Shown here: positions 40,010 through 52,104 of the stretch, one piece after another
Layout: each line of letters starts with the position of its first letter
Numbering within the stretch: position 1 is the stretch's first letter
Source of the DNA: Octopus bimaculoides
Taxonomy: Eukaryota
DNA: 64,000 bases
Direction: 5' to 3'
NCBI RefSeq assembly: GCF_001194135.2
Contig: NC_068982.1
Span: forward strand, 58,710,029 to 58,774,028
Position numbers and translations under genes: made by a program
The notes under the pieces: generated by a model
The model's input: the letters and a program-made list of their open reading frames with translations, nothing else
Database searches by the model: none
What the model was told of the DNA's origin: nothing

Positions 40010-40250
40010 TTTTTTCACTTGTTTCAGTGATTGGATTGCGGCCAAGCTGGATCGCTGTTCCTATGTTGGGGTACCGCTTTGAAGGGTTTTAGACGAACAA
40101 ATCGATCCCAGGGTTTATTTTTTTAAAGTTTTGTACTTATTCTATTGCAAAGGATCGGGGGCGTAAACAAACCGACAGCGGTTGTCAAACGGTGGGGGAA
40201 GGGCAAACACGCACAAACATCTCTTTGGTAGACGGAATCTGTATGGAACA
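40010..40250 (-). mobile_element. Family A SINE 3' part
   Basis: TTCACTTGTTTCAGTGATTGGATTGCGGCCAAGCTGG...GGTTGTCAAACGGTGG. Confidence 0.72.
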
Positions 40251-40800
40251 CGGTGTGTGTGCGTGTATGTATGTGTGTGAAGCAAATACATTTCTTGTGC
40301 ACGTCCTCATGTTGCCCGTTTTTATTCGTTCATTTGGATTATTTGTTTGTTTAAATTTACTTTGAAACGCAGAGTAGATGGAACAGGGACAACTGACGAA
40401 GGGGTATACTCTTTATATTGCATGTCTCGTTTCTCTGTTTGTTTTTTCATTGTTCGAAAAAAGTTCGTTTTCTATGTTTTCGTTTCTCATTGTGTTTAAG
40501 GTTTTTTTTTGTTTTTTTTTTGATGTCCTGTACCCATATATGTATGTATGTATACATATAGATGTAGGTATGTACATACATGTATGGATATATGCATATA
40601 TTTATATATTATCTATATATATATATAAAACAAATAATAAATGAGTATATGCATATATACGTACAGATATGTGCATACCTACGTCTACCTGTATATATAG
40701 GTGCATATCTGGGTACAGGACATTACAAACAAAACGTAGACAAAAAAATAATAATAACCAGAATACAGGACACACACAGGCCACATAGAGAACATTTTCC

Positions 40801-40838
<38 letters not shown>

Positions 40839-40848
40839 NNNNNNNNNN

Positions 40849-41130
40849 GTTCAATAAGTCTCTCTGCAGTAAATTTTTTTTATTTTTGTTTTTGCGAAAT
40901 AAATATTTATAAGATGGTATAAGACTACAAAAGAATATATTAGACTTTACAAGACTTTAAAAAGCTTTATAAGAAGTATTGAAAGTGTCGTCATTCATTT
41001 TCAATATATAAATTGACACTTCTACACATATTTTGAAATACATCTTGGAGATTCTGACTCTTGGAGATTCTGACTCTTGGAGAGTCAGGATGAGAAAAAT
41101 TCACTGCGGAGAGACTTTTTGAACACCCTG
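40849..41130. mobile_element. Tc1/mariner-type MITE with ~30-bp TIRs
   Basis: Left end GTTCAATAAGTCTCTCTGCAGTAAATTTTT (first bases lost in a 10-N gap) versus right end AAAAATTCACTGCGGAGAGACTTTTTGAACACCCTG. The CAG/CTG-type terminus suggests Tc1/mariner. Contains a 16-bp tandem duplication CTTGGAGATTCTGACT. Confidence 0.62.
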
Positions 41131-41134
41131 TGTA

Positions 41135-41165
<31 letters not shown>

Positions 41166-41190
41166 GTGTGTATGTATGTATGCATGTATG

Positions 41191-41243
<53 letters not shown>

Positions 41244-42205
41244 CGCGCGCGATGGGCTCCATACAGTTTTGCGTCTGTCAAGTTCACTTACAAGGCTTTG
41301 GTCGGTCTGGGGATATAGTTAGAAGACACTTACCCACGATGCCGCGCAGCGGGAATGAACCCGAGATCAAGNNNNNNNNNNNNNNNNNNNNNNNNNNNNN
41401 NNNNNNNNNNNNNNNNNNNNNNNNNNNNNNNNNNNNNNNNNNNNNNNNNNNNNNNNNNNNNNNNNNNNNNNNNNNNNNNNNNNNNNNNNNNNNNNNNNNN
41501 NNNNNNNNNNNNNNNNNNNNNNNNNNNNNNNNNNNNNNNNNNNNNNNNNNNNNNNNNNNNNNNNNNNNNNNNNNNNNNNNNNNNNNNNNNNNNNNNNNNN
41601 NNNNNNNNNNNNNNNNNNNNNNNNNNNNNNNNNNNNNNNNNNNNNNNNNNNNNNNNNNNNNNNNNNNNNNNNNNNNNNNNNNNNNNNNNNNNNNNNNNNN
41701 NNNNNNNNNNNNNNNNNNNNNNNNNNNNNNNNNNNNNNNNNNNNNNNNNNNNNNNNNNNNNNNNNNNNNNNNNNNNNNNNNNNNNNNNNNNNNNNNNNNN
41801 NNNNNNNNNNNNNNNNNNNNNNNNNNNNNNNNNNNNNNNNNNNNNNNNNNNNNNNNNNNNNNNNNNNNNNNNNNNNNNNNNNNNNNNNNNNNNNNNNNNN
41901 NNNNNNNNNNNNNNNNNNNNNNNNNNNNNNNNNNNNNNNNNNNNNNNNNNNNNNNNNNNNNNNNNNNNNNNNNNNNNNNNNNNNNNNNNNNNNNNNNNNN
42001 NNNNNNNNNNNNNNNNNNNNNNNNNNNNNNNNNNNNNNNNNNNNNNNNNNNNNNNNNNNNNNNNNNNNNNNNNNNNNNNNNNNNNNNNNNNNNNNNNNNN
42101 NNNNNNNNNNNNNNNNNNNNNNNNNNNNNNNNNNNNNNNNNNNNNNNNNNNNNNNNNNNNNNNNNNNNNNNNNNNNNNNNNNNNNNNNNNNNNNNNNNNN
42201 NNNNN

Positions 42206-42483
42206 TTAAAGCTCCACGAGGCTCCGGCAGGGGATGGTGGCGAACCCTGCTGTACTCTTTCACCACAACTTTCTCTCACTCTTACTTCCTGTTTCTGTTG
42301 TGCCTGTAATTCAAAGGGTCAGCCTTGTCACACTGTGTCACGCTGAATATCCCCCGAGAATTATATTAAGGGTACACGTGACTGTGGAGTGCTCAGCCAC
42401 TTGCACATTAATTTCACGAGCAGGCTGTTCCGTTGATCAGATCAACTGGAACCCTCGACGTCGTAAGCGACGGAGTGCCAACA
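42206..42483 (+). mobile_element. Repeat ending in tail type D
   Basis: TTCAAAGGGTCAGCC...CACTTGCACATTAATTTCACGAGCAGGCTGTTCCGTTGATCAGATCAACTGGAACCCTCGACGTCG. Confidence 0.72.
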
Positions 42484-42999
42484 AGGGAAGAGAGAGAGAG
42501 AGAGACTTTTCTTCCAACAATGAGTCAAGTTGGTAACTAACTTTAACGGCAGTGTAAGTTTTCTGTTTTACGGCCCTAAACGATATCAAGGCTGTTGTGT
42601 TTTAATTTGATCTTATTCGAAAAGCATTTTTTTAACCCATCGGTATCAATATGTCCGTGTTTATTTGTCGTAGTTCATTTAAATATAATTTGATTTGATT
42701 TATTAATCTATTAGTACTCTATTCCACCAACTTGCTTCGGAAACTATCTCAAACCTTATGTAAGATAATATCTAAAGGATAGTCATACTTGCCTCTAGAT
42801 ATTCTTCAATTTGGGTTTTGACAGCATACAGTGGTCAGCTAATGCTTTGTGATAATACTTATCGGGAGTTGACTTACAAGGTGAGATGTTATAAATTTGG
42901 TGGCAACCCACCAAATTTTCTTTATTGCTTATTCTCTCTACGGTCAGTGTACTTCGTTTCAAATATCCACTGACTTTCAGTGAAATGGCTTTTATCTTT

Positions 43000-43407
43000 T
43001 GTTTTTTACTTGTTTTATTAGACTGCGGTCATGCTGGATCACCACTTAGAAGAAATTCTTGAATAAATTTTAGTCGAACAAACCGGACCCTATATCTGTG
43101 TTTTAAGTCTGGTACTTGTTCTATCGGGTCGCATTTGCCGAACTGCTAGATTACGGGGTCGTAAACATACCAACACTGGTTGTCAAGCGGTGGTAAGGGA
43201 CAAACAAATACACACACACACACACACACACACACATGCACGCGCACACACATGAGGAACTTCTTTCAGTTTTCGTCTTCCAAATCCGCTCACAAGGTTT
43301 TTGTCAGCCCAAGGCTATAGAAAGCACTTGCCTAAGATGCCACGCAGTGGGATTGAACCCGGAACCATTTGATTGAGAAGCAAACATCTTAACACCCAAC
43401 TACGCCT
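43000..43407 (-). mobile_element. Family A SINE, full length
   Basis: All modules present on the minus strand. Confidence 0.84.
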
Positions 43408-44214
43408 GATGTTTTTTTTTCTTTTTTTTTTCTTATTTTCTTGCTTCCAATGTTCCTTTGGGGAAAAAATCTATGTCAAATTTTATTCCATCTCTTTCTT
43501 TAAATTCATTAGCTTATTTCCTAATTTAGTGCTTGCAAACTTGACCGGGATAGTTGTTGAGATATTTTTTTTTAATTCTCTGCAGGAGATGACGATCCAT
43601 TTGCAACAATTTAAGTCTTTTGCAATGTCGGAGCAGTTTTAAAGACACACCGCTTTCTTTGCGTAATTCGGCTATACACCCATTGATTTTGAAATATTCA
43701 ATAATACTGAGCAGTTTCCGACTTGAGACTTCCAACCCTACGTTCGTTTTTTGTAGCGGCCAATTATTCTGAAGGCCAAATGTAGACACTACAAAAAATT
43801 TTGTTGATCGTTATACGCTGAGAGTTTTAATGAACATACTTTTATGATGACATATAAGAACTCTCTTCCTAAATAAATAAATAAATAAAATAAATTAATA
43901 GATAAATGAAACATGTCTCTAAAATTTACTTCGAGTCCTATATGTGAAGTTAGGCTTATATTACATGCTTTAAAAATAATTTCTTCCTGAATATACGCTG
44001 CTGAAAGTAGGGTGCGTCTTTTAAGCCATCAAATCCTGTAAGCTCTCTCTCTCTCTGTATTTCTTGCCCTCATATAAATTCTTTCATCGTACTTAAGATT
44101 TTCATTTTGTCCAAGACACGTGTAGTTACTCATTCGAATGTACAGGCTGTATGGTCAAACTGTTTGTGATTACTGTTATAGAGCAATGACGAAAAAAATA
44201 TTTCATCGTCCTAC

Positions 44215-44660
44215 ATTCGAATGTAAGAAGTGTTCTTCCCAACCACATGGTTCCGTGTCCATTCACACTGCATGGCACCTTGGATAAAGTGTCTTATAGC
44301 ATAGCACCGGGCCGACCGAAGCCTTGTGAATGAATTTGGTAGACGGAAACTGAAAGAAGACTGTCGTGTGCGTGTGTATTTACACACGGACACACACGGA
44401 CACACACATATAAAATATGTAAACTTTTAATTAGTCTGATGGGTTTACTCTATACTTTTGTAGAGTATAGAGTAAACCCATCATATTAATTAAAAGTTGG
44501 ATTTATAACAGAACATAAAAAACAAGAAATCTCTAGAAGAGGTACTAGGCTTTAAAAAATACTGGTTAATTCGTTCGGCTAAAATTTTTCAAGGCGCTGT
44601 CCCAGCATGGCCACAGTCCAATGACTGAAAAAAGTAAAAAAGGTAGAAAGTAAAAAATAA
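44215..44660 (+). mobile_element. Family A SINE split by the 44422-44498 hairpin
   Basis: 5' half at 44215-44400 and 3' part at ~44535-44660. Confidence 0.72.
44422..44498. repeat. 77-nt near-perfect hairpin (35-bp arms, 7-nt loop)
   Basis: AACTTTTAATTAGTCTGATGGGTTTACTCTATACT-tttgtag-AGTATAGAGTAAACCCATCATATTAATTAAAAGTT, with two differences between arms. Confidence 0.9.
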
Positions 44661-44719
44661 AAGACACTTGAAGTCAGAAATTTCATTCCAGTGTCTCGGG
44701 GATCTGGAATAATAGGGTC

Positions 44720-44960
44720 CACTTGCTTTTAAGCATTACGCGGCGAGCTGTCAAAATCGTAAAGCACGCCAGGCAAAACGCTTAGCAGTATTTTGTCCGA
44801 TTTCACGTTCTGAGTTCAAATTCCGTCGAGGTAGACTTTACCTTTCACACTTTCGCCATTGGTAAAATAAGTTCTAGTTGAGCTCCTGGATCGATGTAAT
44901 CGATCTACCCCTCCCTCCTCCGAAATTATTGGCACTGCGTCAAAATTTGAAACCAATTGC
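44720..44960 (+). mobile_element. Family B SINE
   Basis: GCGGCGAGCTGTCAAAATCG...GAGTTCAAATTCCGTCGAGGTAGAC. Confidence 0.78.
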
Positions 44961-45063
44961 GTTTTGGGATGGTGAACACATTGTCTGGACAGATTCCGGG
45001 GGGTCCACAAAGTAAAGAAAAATGAGAGATCGTTTTGGATTAAGGATAATCATTTCTAAGATT

Positions 45064-45860
45064 GTGAAGGCGTGCAGCCTAGTGATTAGGGTGTTGCACA
45101 CATGATCGCAGGGACGTGGTTTCAAATCCTGGATCGGGCGGTGTGTTGTATTCTTAAGCAAAAACACAGTGCATCAACTATGAACGAATAACCATACGAT
45201 GGGCAGGCGTCCCATCCGCGATATTTTTTTCCCACGAGAGTTCCAGACCCCCAGTAATCAGCTCATTTGCATACAGCCAATCAGAGCTTACCTTGACCTT
45301 GCTGTCAAGTTAACAAACACACACTACCAAGTAAACTCAGACAAAGAACGGTGTTGTAAGTCGACCGATCGCCAAGTTATGCCTGATTTTAGAAGGAGAC
45401 AAGTAATTAGATAGATTTGCATCTATTATCGGATTTTGTTAGGGCCCCATATGGTAAAGATGGGGATGGGAAAAATATGGGTAGAGGATGATGTGCTAGC
45501 AACCCTCACCCCTTACTGTTTTACAAAGTAAACAACAACACAAATAACTATGTAGAGGCAGCCATGGTTGAAACAAGAACAAGATCAAGAAGCATTATTA
45601 AAAGAGAAAAGAAGCATGGTCATTCCTTACCCAAGTGACCTTATCTTATCGCCCACCACTTGTTATGCGCTCATAGATTAGTTTGATAGTTGAGTTCTGA
45701 TTGGCTGTATGCAAATAAGTTCATAACTGGAGTCCGGAACTCTTGCAGGAAAAAAAATTCGCGTCCCGTCCATGGACATAAGGTTGTGATCTAGGTCGTT
45801 TACACGCCATGGAAAACCGGGTACGCCCGCCCTATGAGTTTTATGACTTAAGAGAGTAAT
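45064..45860 (+). mobile_element. Family C SINE interrupted by the 45218-45762 MITE
   Basis: Head at 45064-45217, continuation at 45772-45860. Confidence 0.72.
45218..45762. mobile_element. 545-bp MITE with ~70-bp TIRs and a 9-bp TSD (Mutator-like), inserted into a family-C SINE
   Basis: TIRs at 45218-45288 and 45693-45762 are reverse complements (GCGA..TTTTTTTCC..GAGAGTTCC..CAGT..ATTTGCATACAGCCAATCAGA). Flanked by GTCCCATCC (45209-45217) and GTCCCGTCC (45763-45771). The host SINE resumes on both sides. Confidence 0.75.
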
Positions 45861-45884
45861 TTCTACGAATACTATGCTTTGTGT

Positions 45885-46130
45885 GAAGGCGGCCTAGTGG
45901 TTAGGCTGTTGCACTCACAATCGATAGATTGTGGGTTTTGATTCCCTGACTGGGCGGCACGTTGGTATCTTGAGCAAAACACTTCATTTTACGTTACTCT
46001 AGTCCTCCTATCGATCAGGGCCAGCGAAGTGGCGTTATTTGAAGGATAAAACAATGCAAAAAGCGCATTGTGACCAGCAATGTGTGACAATATCCGAGAC
46101 TCTGGTCGGTCACGTAATCATGTGACTATG
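45885..46130 (+). mobile_element. Family C SINE with a distinct tail ending GGTCGGTCACGTAATCATGTGA
   Basis: GGCCTAGTGGTTAGG...TTGAGCAAAACACTTCATTTTACGTTACTC then a tail unlike the other C copies. Confidence 0.72.
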
Positions 46131-46503
46131 CTTAGTAGCCATGTACGATAACGGATTTATCGAGAGACCAAAGAGTAGAACCAACAAGCTATATATCGCC
46201 CAACAGGATGCCTCTTTCATAATATACGCTGGCAGGTTTGGCTTCGCGGTTATCACCTCTCACAAGTAAAACAGTGTGCACCAAATGTTGGCTAGGTGTT
46301 CAAGAGCAGCTACCAATGGTTATAGAACTTTAGTTAATTCCAATGTTTTGATAATCCACCCATGTGGTATAACTATCAAAGGATTTACTGGTAGTTCATC
46401 AAAATCAAGACCCAAATTCCCGCAGTTCTTCGGTGTATGAGAGTATGTACGTATGTATGAATGTATGTATGTATTTATGTATGTACCTGTGCGTGTGCGG
46501 ATG

Positions 46504-46536
<33 letters not shown>

Positions 46537-46630
46537 ATGTATGTAAGTATATACATATATATAACACCATCTATATGCAAACATGTTTAGACATACACGT
46601 ATATTGTATATATATTTGTACCTAGATGTA

Positions 46631-46666
<36 letters not shown>

Positions 46667-46678
46667 AGCATGTCTAGC

Positions 46679-46737
<59 letters not shown>

Positions 46738-46781
46738 NNNNNNNNNNNNNNNNNNNNNNNNNNNNNNNNNNNNNNNNNNNN

Positions 46782-46834
<53 letters not shown>

Positions 46835-47437
46835 ATGTATGTATGTATGTATGTATGTATGTATGTATGTCTGTATGTATGTATGTATGTATAATTAACC
46901 TATTTATCAACTTGCCTATCAATCTTCACACAAATACATACAAGAAAGCACCCATACACACACACACGAAGGAAGTTGCTTATTGTAATCGTTTCGGTAA
47001 GGAGCCCTTTAGATGATACTAAACAACTGATAACATTAAACAGGGAAAATAAAAAAATATCCTGCACATTTGGAACCCACCCTAATACCGAATGATTCAG
47101 AAGCTTTTCTTCGTTATTTTCCTGTTTATCGTAATCACGAGTTTCGGGTTCGAACTCATTGCGTGGTGTTTTGGGCAAGCGGGTTTTTTTTTGCAATGGT
47201 TTTAGCTCAACCCGAAACTTGAAACTGTATACAAAGAGACTGTGTGGATGACCACAGATGGATTGTAACTATAATGTAAAGGTGGAGCCTGGTCATATAT
47301 TATGTAATACTCAATATAGTTGAGGATTATGTTGATGGTAAAAAACGTGTCTGTGGAATTGTCAGCCTGGTTTAACGTTAATTAAACGAGAAGAAAGTTC
47401 ATTTGCTTGACCAAAGAAATGCGCTTCGATGTACATC

Positions 47438-47491
<54 letters not shown>

Positions 47492-47921
47492 TGNNNNNNN
47501 NNNNNNNNNNNNNNNNNNNNNNNNNNNNNNNNNNNNNNNNNNNNNNNNNNNNNNNNNNNNNNNNNNNNNNNNNNNNNNNNNNNNNNNNNNNNNNNNNNNN
47601 NNNNNNNNNNNNNNNNNNNNNNNNNNNNNNNNNNNNNNNNNNNNNNNNNNNNNNNNNNNNNNNNNNNNNNNNNNNNNNNNNNNNNNNNNNNNNNNNNNNN
47701 NNNNNNNNNNNNNNNNNNNNNNNNNNNNNNNNNNNNNNNNNNNNNNNNNNNNNNNNNNNNNNNNNNNNNNNNNNNNNNNNNNNNNNNNNNNNNNNNNNNN
47801 NNNNNNNNNNNNNNNNNNNNNNNNNNNNNNNNNNNNNNNNNNNNNNNNNNNNNNNNNNNNNNNNNNNNNNNNNNNNNNNNNNNNNNNNNNNNNNNNNNNN
47901 NNNNNNNNNNNNNNNNNNNTA

Positions 47922-47959
<38 letters not shown>

Positions 47960-47979
47960 TAGGTACATTCAATCACATG

Positions 47980-48055
<76 letters not shown>

Positions 48056-48301
48056 CATATATACATACATACGTACACATATAAATACACATATACATAC
48101 ATTTATTTTCAGTCCATTATTTAAACTGCTTAGTTCGGTAGAATAGTCCACGCATGAAGGACGTACTTGGGTTCCCATGTACGTGAAACTATGAATAGTG
48201 TGGTTTATTGCATGTGAGGTGATAGTATAAAACAATAATTTTTATACATTATTTATAGTATTTACATTCGACGGATATCTGTCCTCATCTTGTTTGTTGT
48301 T

Positions 48302-48347
48302 AACACAACCTTTCGGCTGATATACTCTCCAGCCTTCCTCAGGTGTC
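48302..48347 (-). ncRNA. Minimal type-I hammerhead ribozyme-like motif inside a short repeat at ~48245-48400
   Basis: Minus strand: GACAC | CUGAGGA | A | GGCUG-(10 nt)-CAGCC | GAAA | G GUU | GUGUU. Canonical CUGANGA and GAAA, 5-bp stem II, 4-5-bp stem I. One substitution breaks the ACGU stem-III palindrome. Confidence 0.62.
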
Positions 48348-48529
48348 TCGGGGAAATTTCGAACCTGGGTTCTCATTCCTAAGGGGTATTTTTCGATGCT
48401 ATTATTATTATTATTATTATTATTATTATNNNNNNNNNNNNNNNNNNNNNNNNNNNNNNNNNNNNNNNNNNNNNNNNNNNNNNNNNNNNNNNNNNNNNNN
48501 NNNNNNNNNNNNNNNNNNNNNNNNNNNNN

Positions 48530-48572
<43 letters not shown>

Positions 48573-48664
48573 TCCATACATGCATAAGTATATACATACA
48601 CGCATACATACATACATACATACATACGTACGTATATACATACACTTGTCTATATATGCATGTG

Positions 48665-49090
48665 TAGATCTTTTATCTTTTACTTGTTTCAGTCTGCAGC
48701 CATCCTGGGGCTTTCAGGGGCTGTTGTTGAACGAAAAAAACCCAGTACTTATTTTTTTAAAAGCTTGGTAACTATTCGATCGGTCTGTTATGGGTGCGTA
48801 TTTTGTATACGTCGCAATACCAGTTGTCAAGCGGTGGTGTGGGACAGACACAAACAGGCATCGGTGCCCCAGCATGGCTACGGTGCTCGGATTGAAACTT
48901 AAAGCAAAAATATATATATATATCCACGACGTGTTATTTTAGTTTCTGTTTACTAAATCCATTTACAAGGATTTGCACGGCTCGGGCTATAGCGCAAGAC
49001 ACTTGCTTAAGCAGCCACGCAGTGGGACTGAAACCAGAACCATATGGTTGGGAAGCTAGCTTTCTTGCCGAACAGCCAGGCCTGCACCTA
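48665..49090 (-). mobile_element. Family A SINE, rearranged or diverged
   Basis: TTTTACTTGTTTCAGTC...CAGTTGTCAAGCGGTGG...GCCACGCAGTGGGACTGAA. Confidence 0.75.
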
Positions 49091-49316
49091 TACCTACATA
49101 TACATGCACGCACATACACACATATGTATATACGCACATATGTGTATATGCATATATGTACACACACACATATATATATATAGATATATATATCCATATA
49201 TACACATATATATAAAAATTACATATACATATACATTTACATATTACACATATACCCATATATACACATATACCCATATATACACATATGTATACATATA
49301 TGCGCATACATATGAA

Positions 49317-49356
<40 letters not shown>

Positions 49357-49436
49357 TGTATATATATTCTTATATATAATATATACACACATATATTCAT
49401 AAATATAATATATACATATATATAGGTACTTATATG

Positions 49437-49475
<39 letters not shown>

Positions 49476-49487
49476 ACATATATGTAT

Positions 49488-49524
<37 letters not shown>

Positions 49525-50233
49525 NNNNNNNNNNNNNNNNNNNNNNNNNNNNNNNNNNNNNNNNNNNNNNNNNNNNNNNNNNNNNNNNNNNNNNNNNNNN
49601 NNNNNNNNNNNNNNNNNNNNNNNNNNNNNNNNNNNNNNNNNNNNNNNNNNNNNNNNNNNNNNNNNNNNNNNNNNNNNNNNNNNNNNNNNNNNNNNNNNNN
49701 NNNNNNNNNNNNNNNNNNNNNNNNNNNNNNNNNNNNNNNNNNNNNNNNNNNNNNNNNNNNNNNNNNNNNNNNNNNNNNNNNNNNNNNNNNNNNNNNNNNN
49801 NNNNNNNNNNNNNNNNNNNNNNNNNNNNNNNNNNNNNNNNNNNNNNNNNNNNNNNNNNNNNNNNNNNNNNNNNNNNNNNNNNNNNNNNNNNNNNNNNNNN
49901 NNNNNNNNNNNNNNNNNNNNNNNNNNNNNNNNNNNNNNNNNNNNNNNNNNNNNNNNNNNNNNNNNNNNNNNNNNNNNNNNNNNNNNNNNNNNNNNNNNNN
50001 NNNNNNNNNNNNNNNNNNNNNNNNNNNNNNNNNNNNNNNNNNNNNNNNNNNNNNNNNNNNNNNNNNNNNNNNNNNNNNNNNNNNNNNNNNNNNNNNNNNN
50101 NNNNNNNNNNNNNNNNNNNNNNNNNNNNNNNNNNNNNNNNNNNNNNNNNNNNNNNNNNNNNNNNNNNNNNNNNNNNNNNNNNNNNNNNNNNNNNNNNNNN
50201 NNNNNNNNNNNNNNNNNNNNNNNNNNNNNNNNN

Positions 50234-50295
<62 letters not shown>

Positions 50296-50644
50296 TAGAT
50301 AGAGAGAGAGAGAAAAGTGAGGGAGAGGGAGAGATTGAGAGAGGGAGAGATTGAGAGACAGACAGACAGGGACCTATATTCCCATCCTAGTTTCCTCATC
50401 TTAGTTACTATGTCCACATTCTTCGGGTGCCCTCAGTATTAAGTTTTCGGATTTTCAAACGAATCCCTTTATTTAGCCCAACGAATCAAACAGCCCTAAT
50501 TCCGTTCTATATAACTATTATACTCTTCTACTCTTTCTCAATAGTGTTGCACTCGATCGTTTCACTTGAACCAGTTTACATGTGTATGTATGAATGTGTG
50601 CGTGTGTGTGTGTGTGTGTGTGCGTATATGGTTGGGTAGGTGCG

Positions 50645-50808
50645 CGTAGGCGCAGGCATGGCCTTGTAGTTAAGTTACTCACTTTGCAACCACACGGTTT
50701 TTGGTTCATTCCTACTGCACCGCTCCCTGGGCTAGTATCTTACAGTATAGCCCTGTCCGACAAATGGATTGTGAATTCGGTAGATGGAAAACTGTATGGA
50801 ATAGCTTC

Positions 50809-50810
<2 letters not shown>
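50645..50810 (+). mobile_element. Family A SINE 5' half
   Basis: AGGCGCAGGCATGGCCTTGTAGTTAAG...GGTAGATGGAAAACTG. Confidence 0.72.
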
Positions 50811-50840
<30 letters not shown>

Positions 50841-51004
50841 GCGTGTATGTGTATGTAAGTGCATGTACGTATATGTACGTATATATACATACACACACTC
50901 ACACACACACAGTCATACACACACGTGTGTATTTGTAAAAAGGAACACTATATATAGACACACACACACACACACACATATATATACTCATATATGTATG
51001 TGTG

Positions 51005-51065
<61 letters not shown>

Positions 51066-51863
51066 NNNNNNNNNNNNNNNNNNNNNNNNNNNNNNNNNNN
51101 NNNNNNNNNNNNNNNNNNNNNNNNNNNNNNNNNNNNNNNNNNNNNNNNNNNNNNNNNNNNNNNNNNNNNNNNNNNNNNNNNNNNNNNNNNNNNNNNNNNN
51201 NNNNNNNNNNNNNNNNNNNNNNNNNNNNNNNNNNNNNNNNNNNNNNNNNNNNNNNNNNNNNNNNNNNNNNNNNNNNNNNNNNNNNNNNNNNNNNNNNNNN
51301 NNNNNNNNNNNNNNNNNNNNNNNNNNNNNNNNNNNNNNNNNNNNNNNNNNNNNNNNNNNNNNNNNNNNNNNNNNNNNNNNNNNNNNNNNTATAACTACTG
51401 CGCTTGTACTTGACCAATGCTTAAAAGCATTTTGAAATCACCATCTTGTAGGACTATTAGATAATAGATCGTATGAGGTCTTAAAACTCTTTTTGCGTTG
51501 TTCATTAAGCCTATGACCATAGGCTTAATGATCAATCTCAATTAATAGCTGCAGTATGATGTTAAGGTATCGTTAGGTCTTATGTGGAAGTTATGAAAGT
51601 CCTCTGTCTTATCTTCCAGTGTTCTCTGTTATATTTTTAAGGAAGGCTGCCGGGTGGCTTAATTACAGAGACGAGTACGATAGCCCATTTATATTAATGT
51701 AAAATAATGATAATTTCTCGTCTGAAGGATTTGTGTGTGCGTGTGCGTGTTCGTTTGCTTGTACGTGCGCGTGTGTATGTGTGTGACTGTATGCGTACGT
51801 ATAGGTATATGTATATGTGCATGTGAGTCTATGTATGTATCTATATCTGTCTACTTGTATATG

Positions 51864-51909
<46 letters not shown>

Positions 51910-52044
51910 GCATATATATACATACACGAATATAGATGTGTGTGATTTATGTACATGTATGTGAACGTGTATGCGTATATGAATTACATATATATATGTG
52001 TGTGTGTGCGTGTCTTCGTCTTTTGTTTTTCTGTAGTTTTCGGC

Positions 52045-52081
<37 letters not shown>

Positions 52082-52104
52082 AGATAGATAGATAGATAGA
52101 TTAT

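Noticed and set aside
43570-43640. Strong-looking plus-strand acceptor TTTTTTTTAATTCTCTGCAG
   Set aside because: All three frames stop within 19 codons and no donor follows; unsupported without RNA data.
51502-51531. Perfect 14-bp inverted repeat TCATTAAGCCTATG-AC-CATAGGCTTAATGA
   Set aside because: Real but isolated. There is no CTRR terminus nearby for a Helitron end and no second copy, so it is likely a small snap-back duplication.
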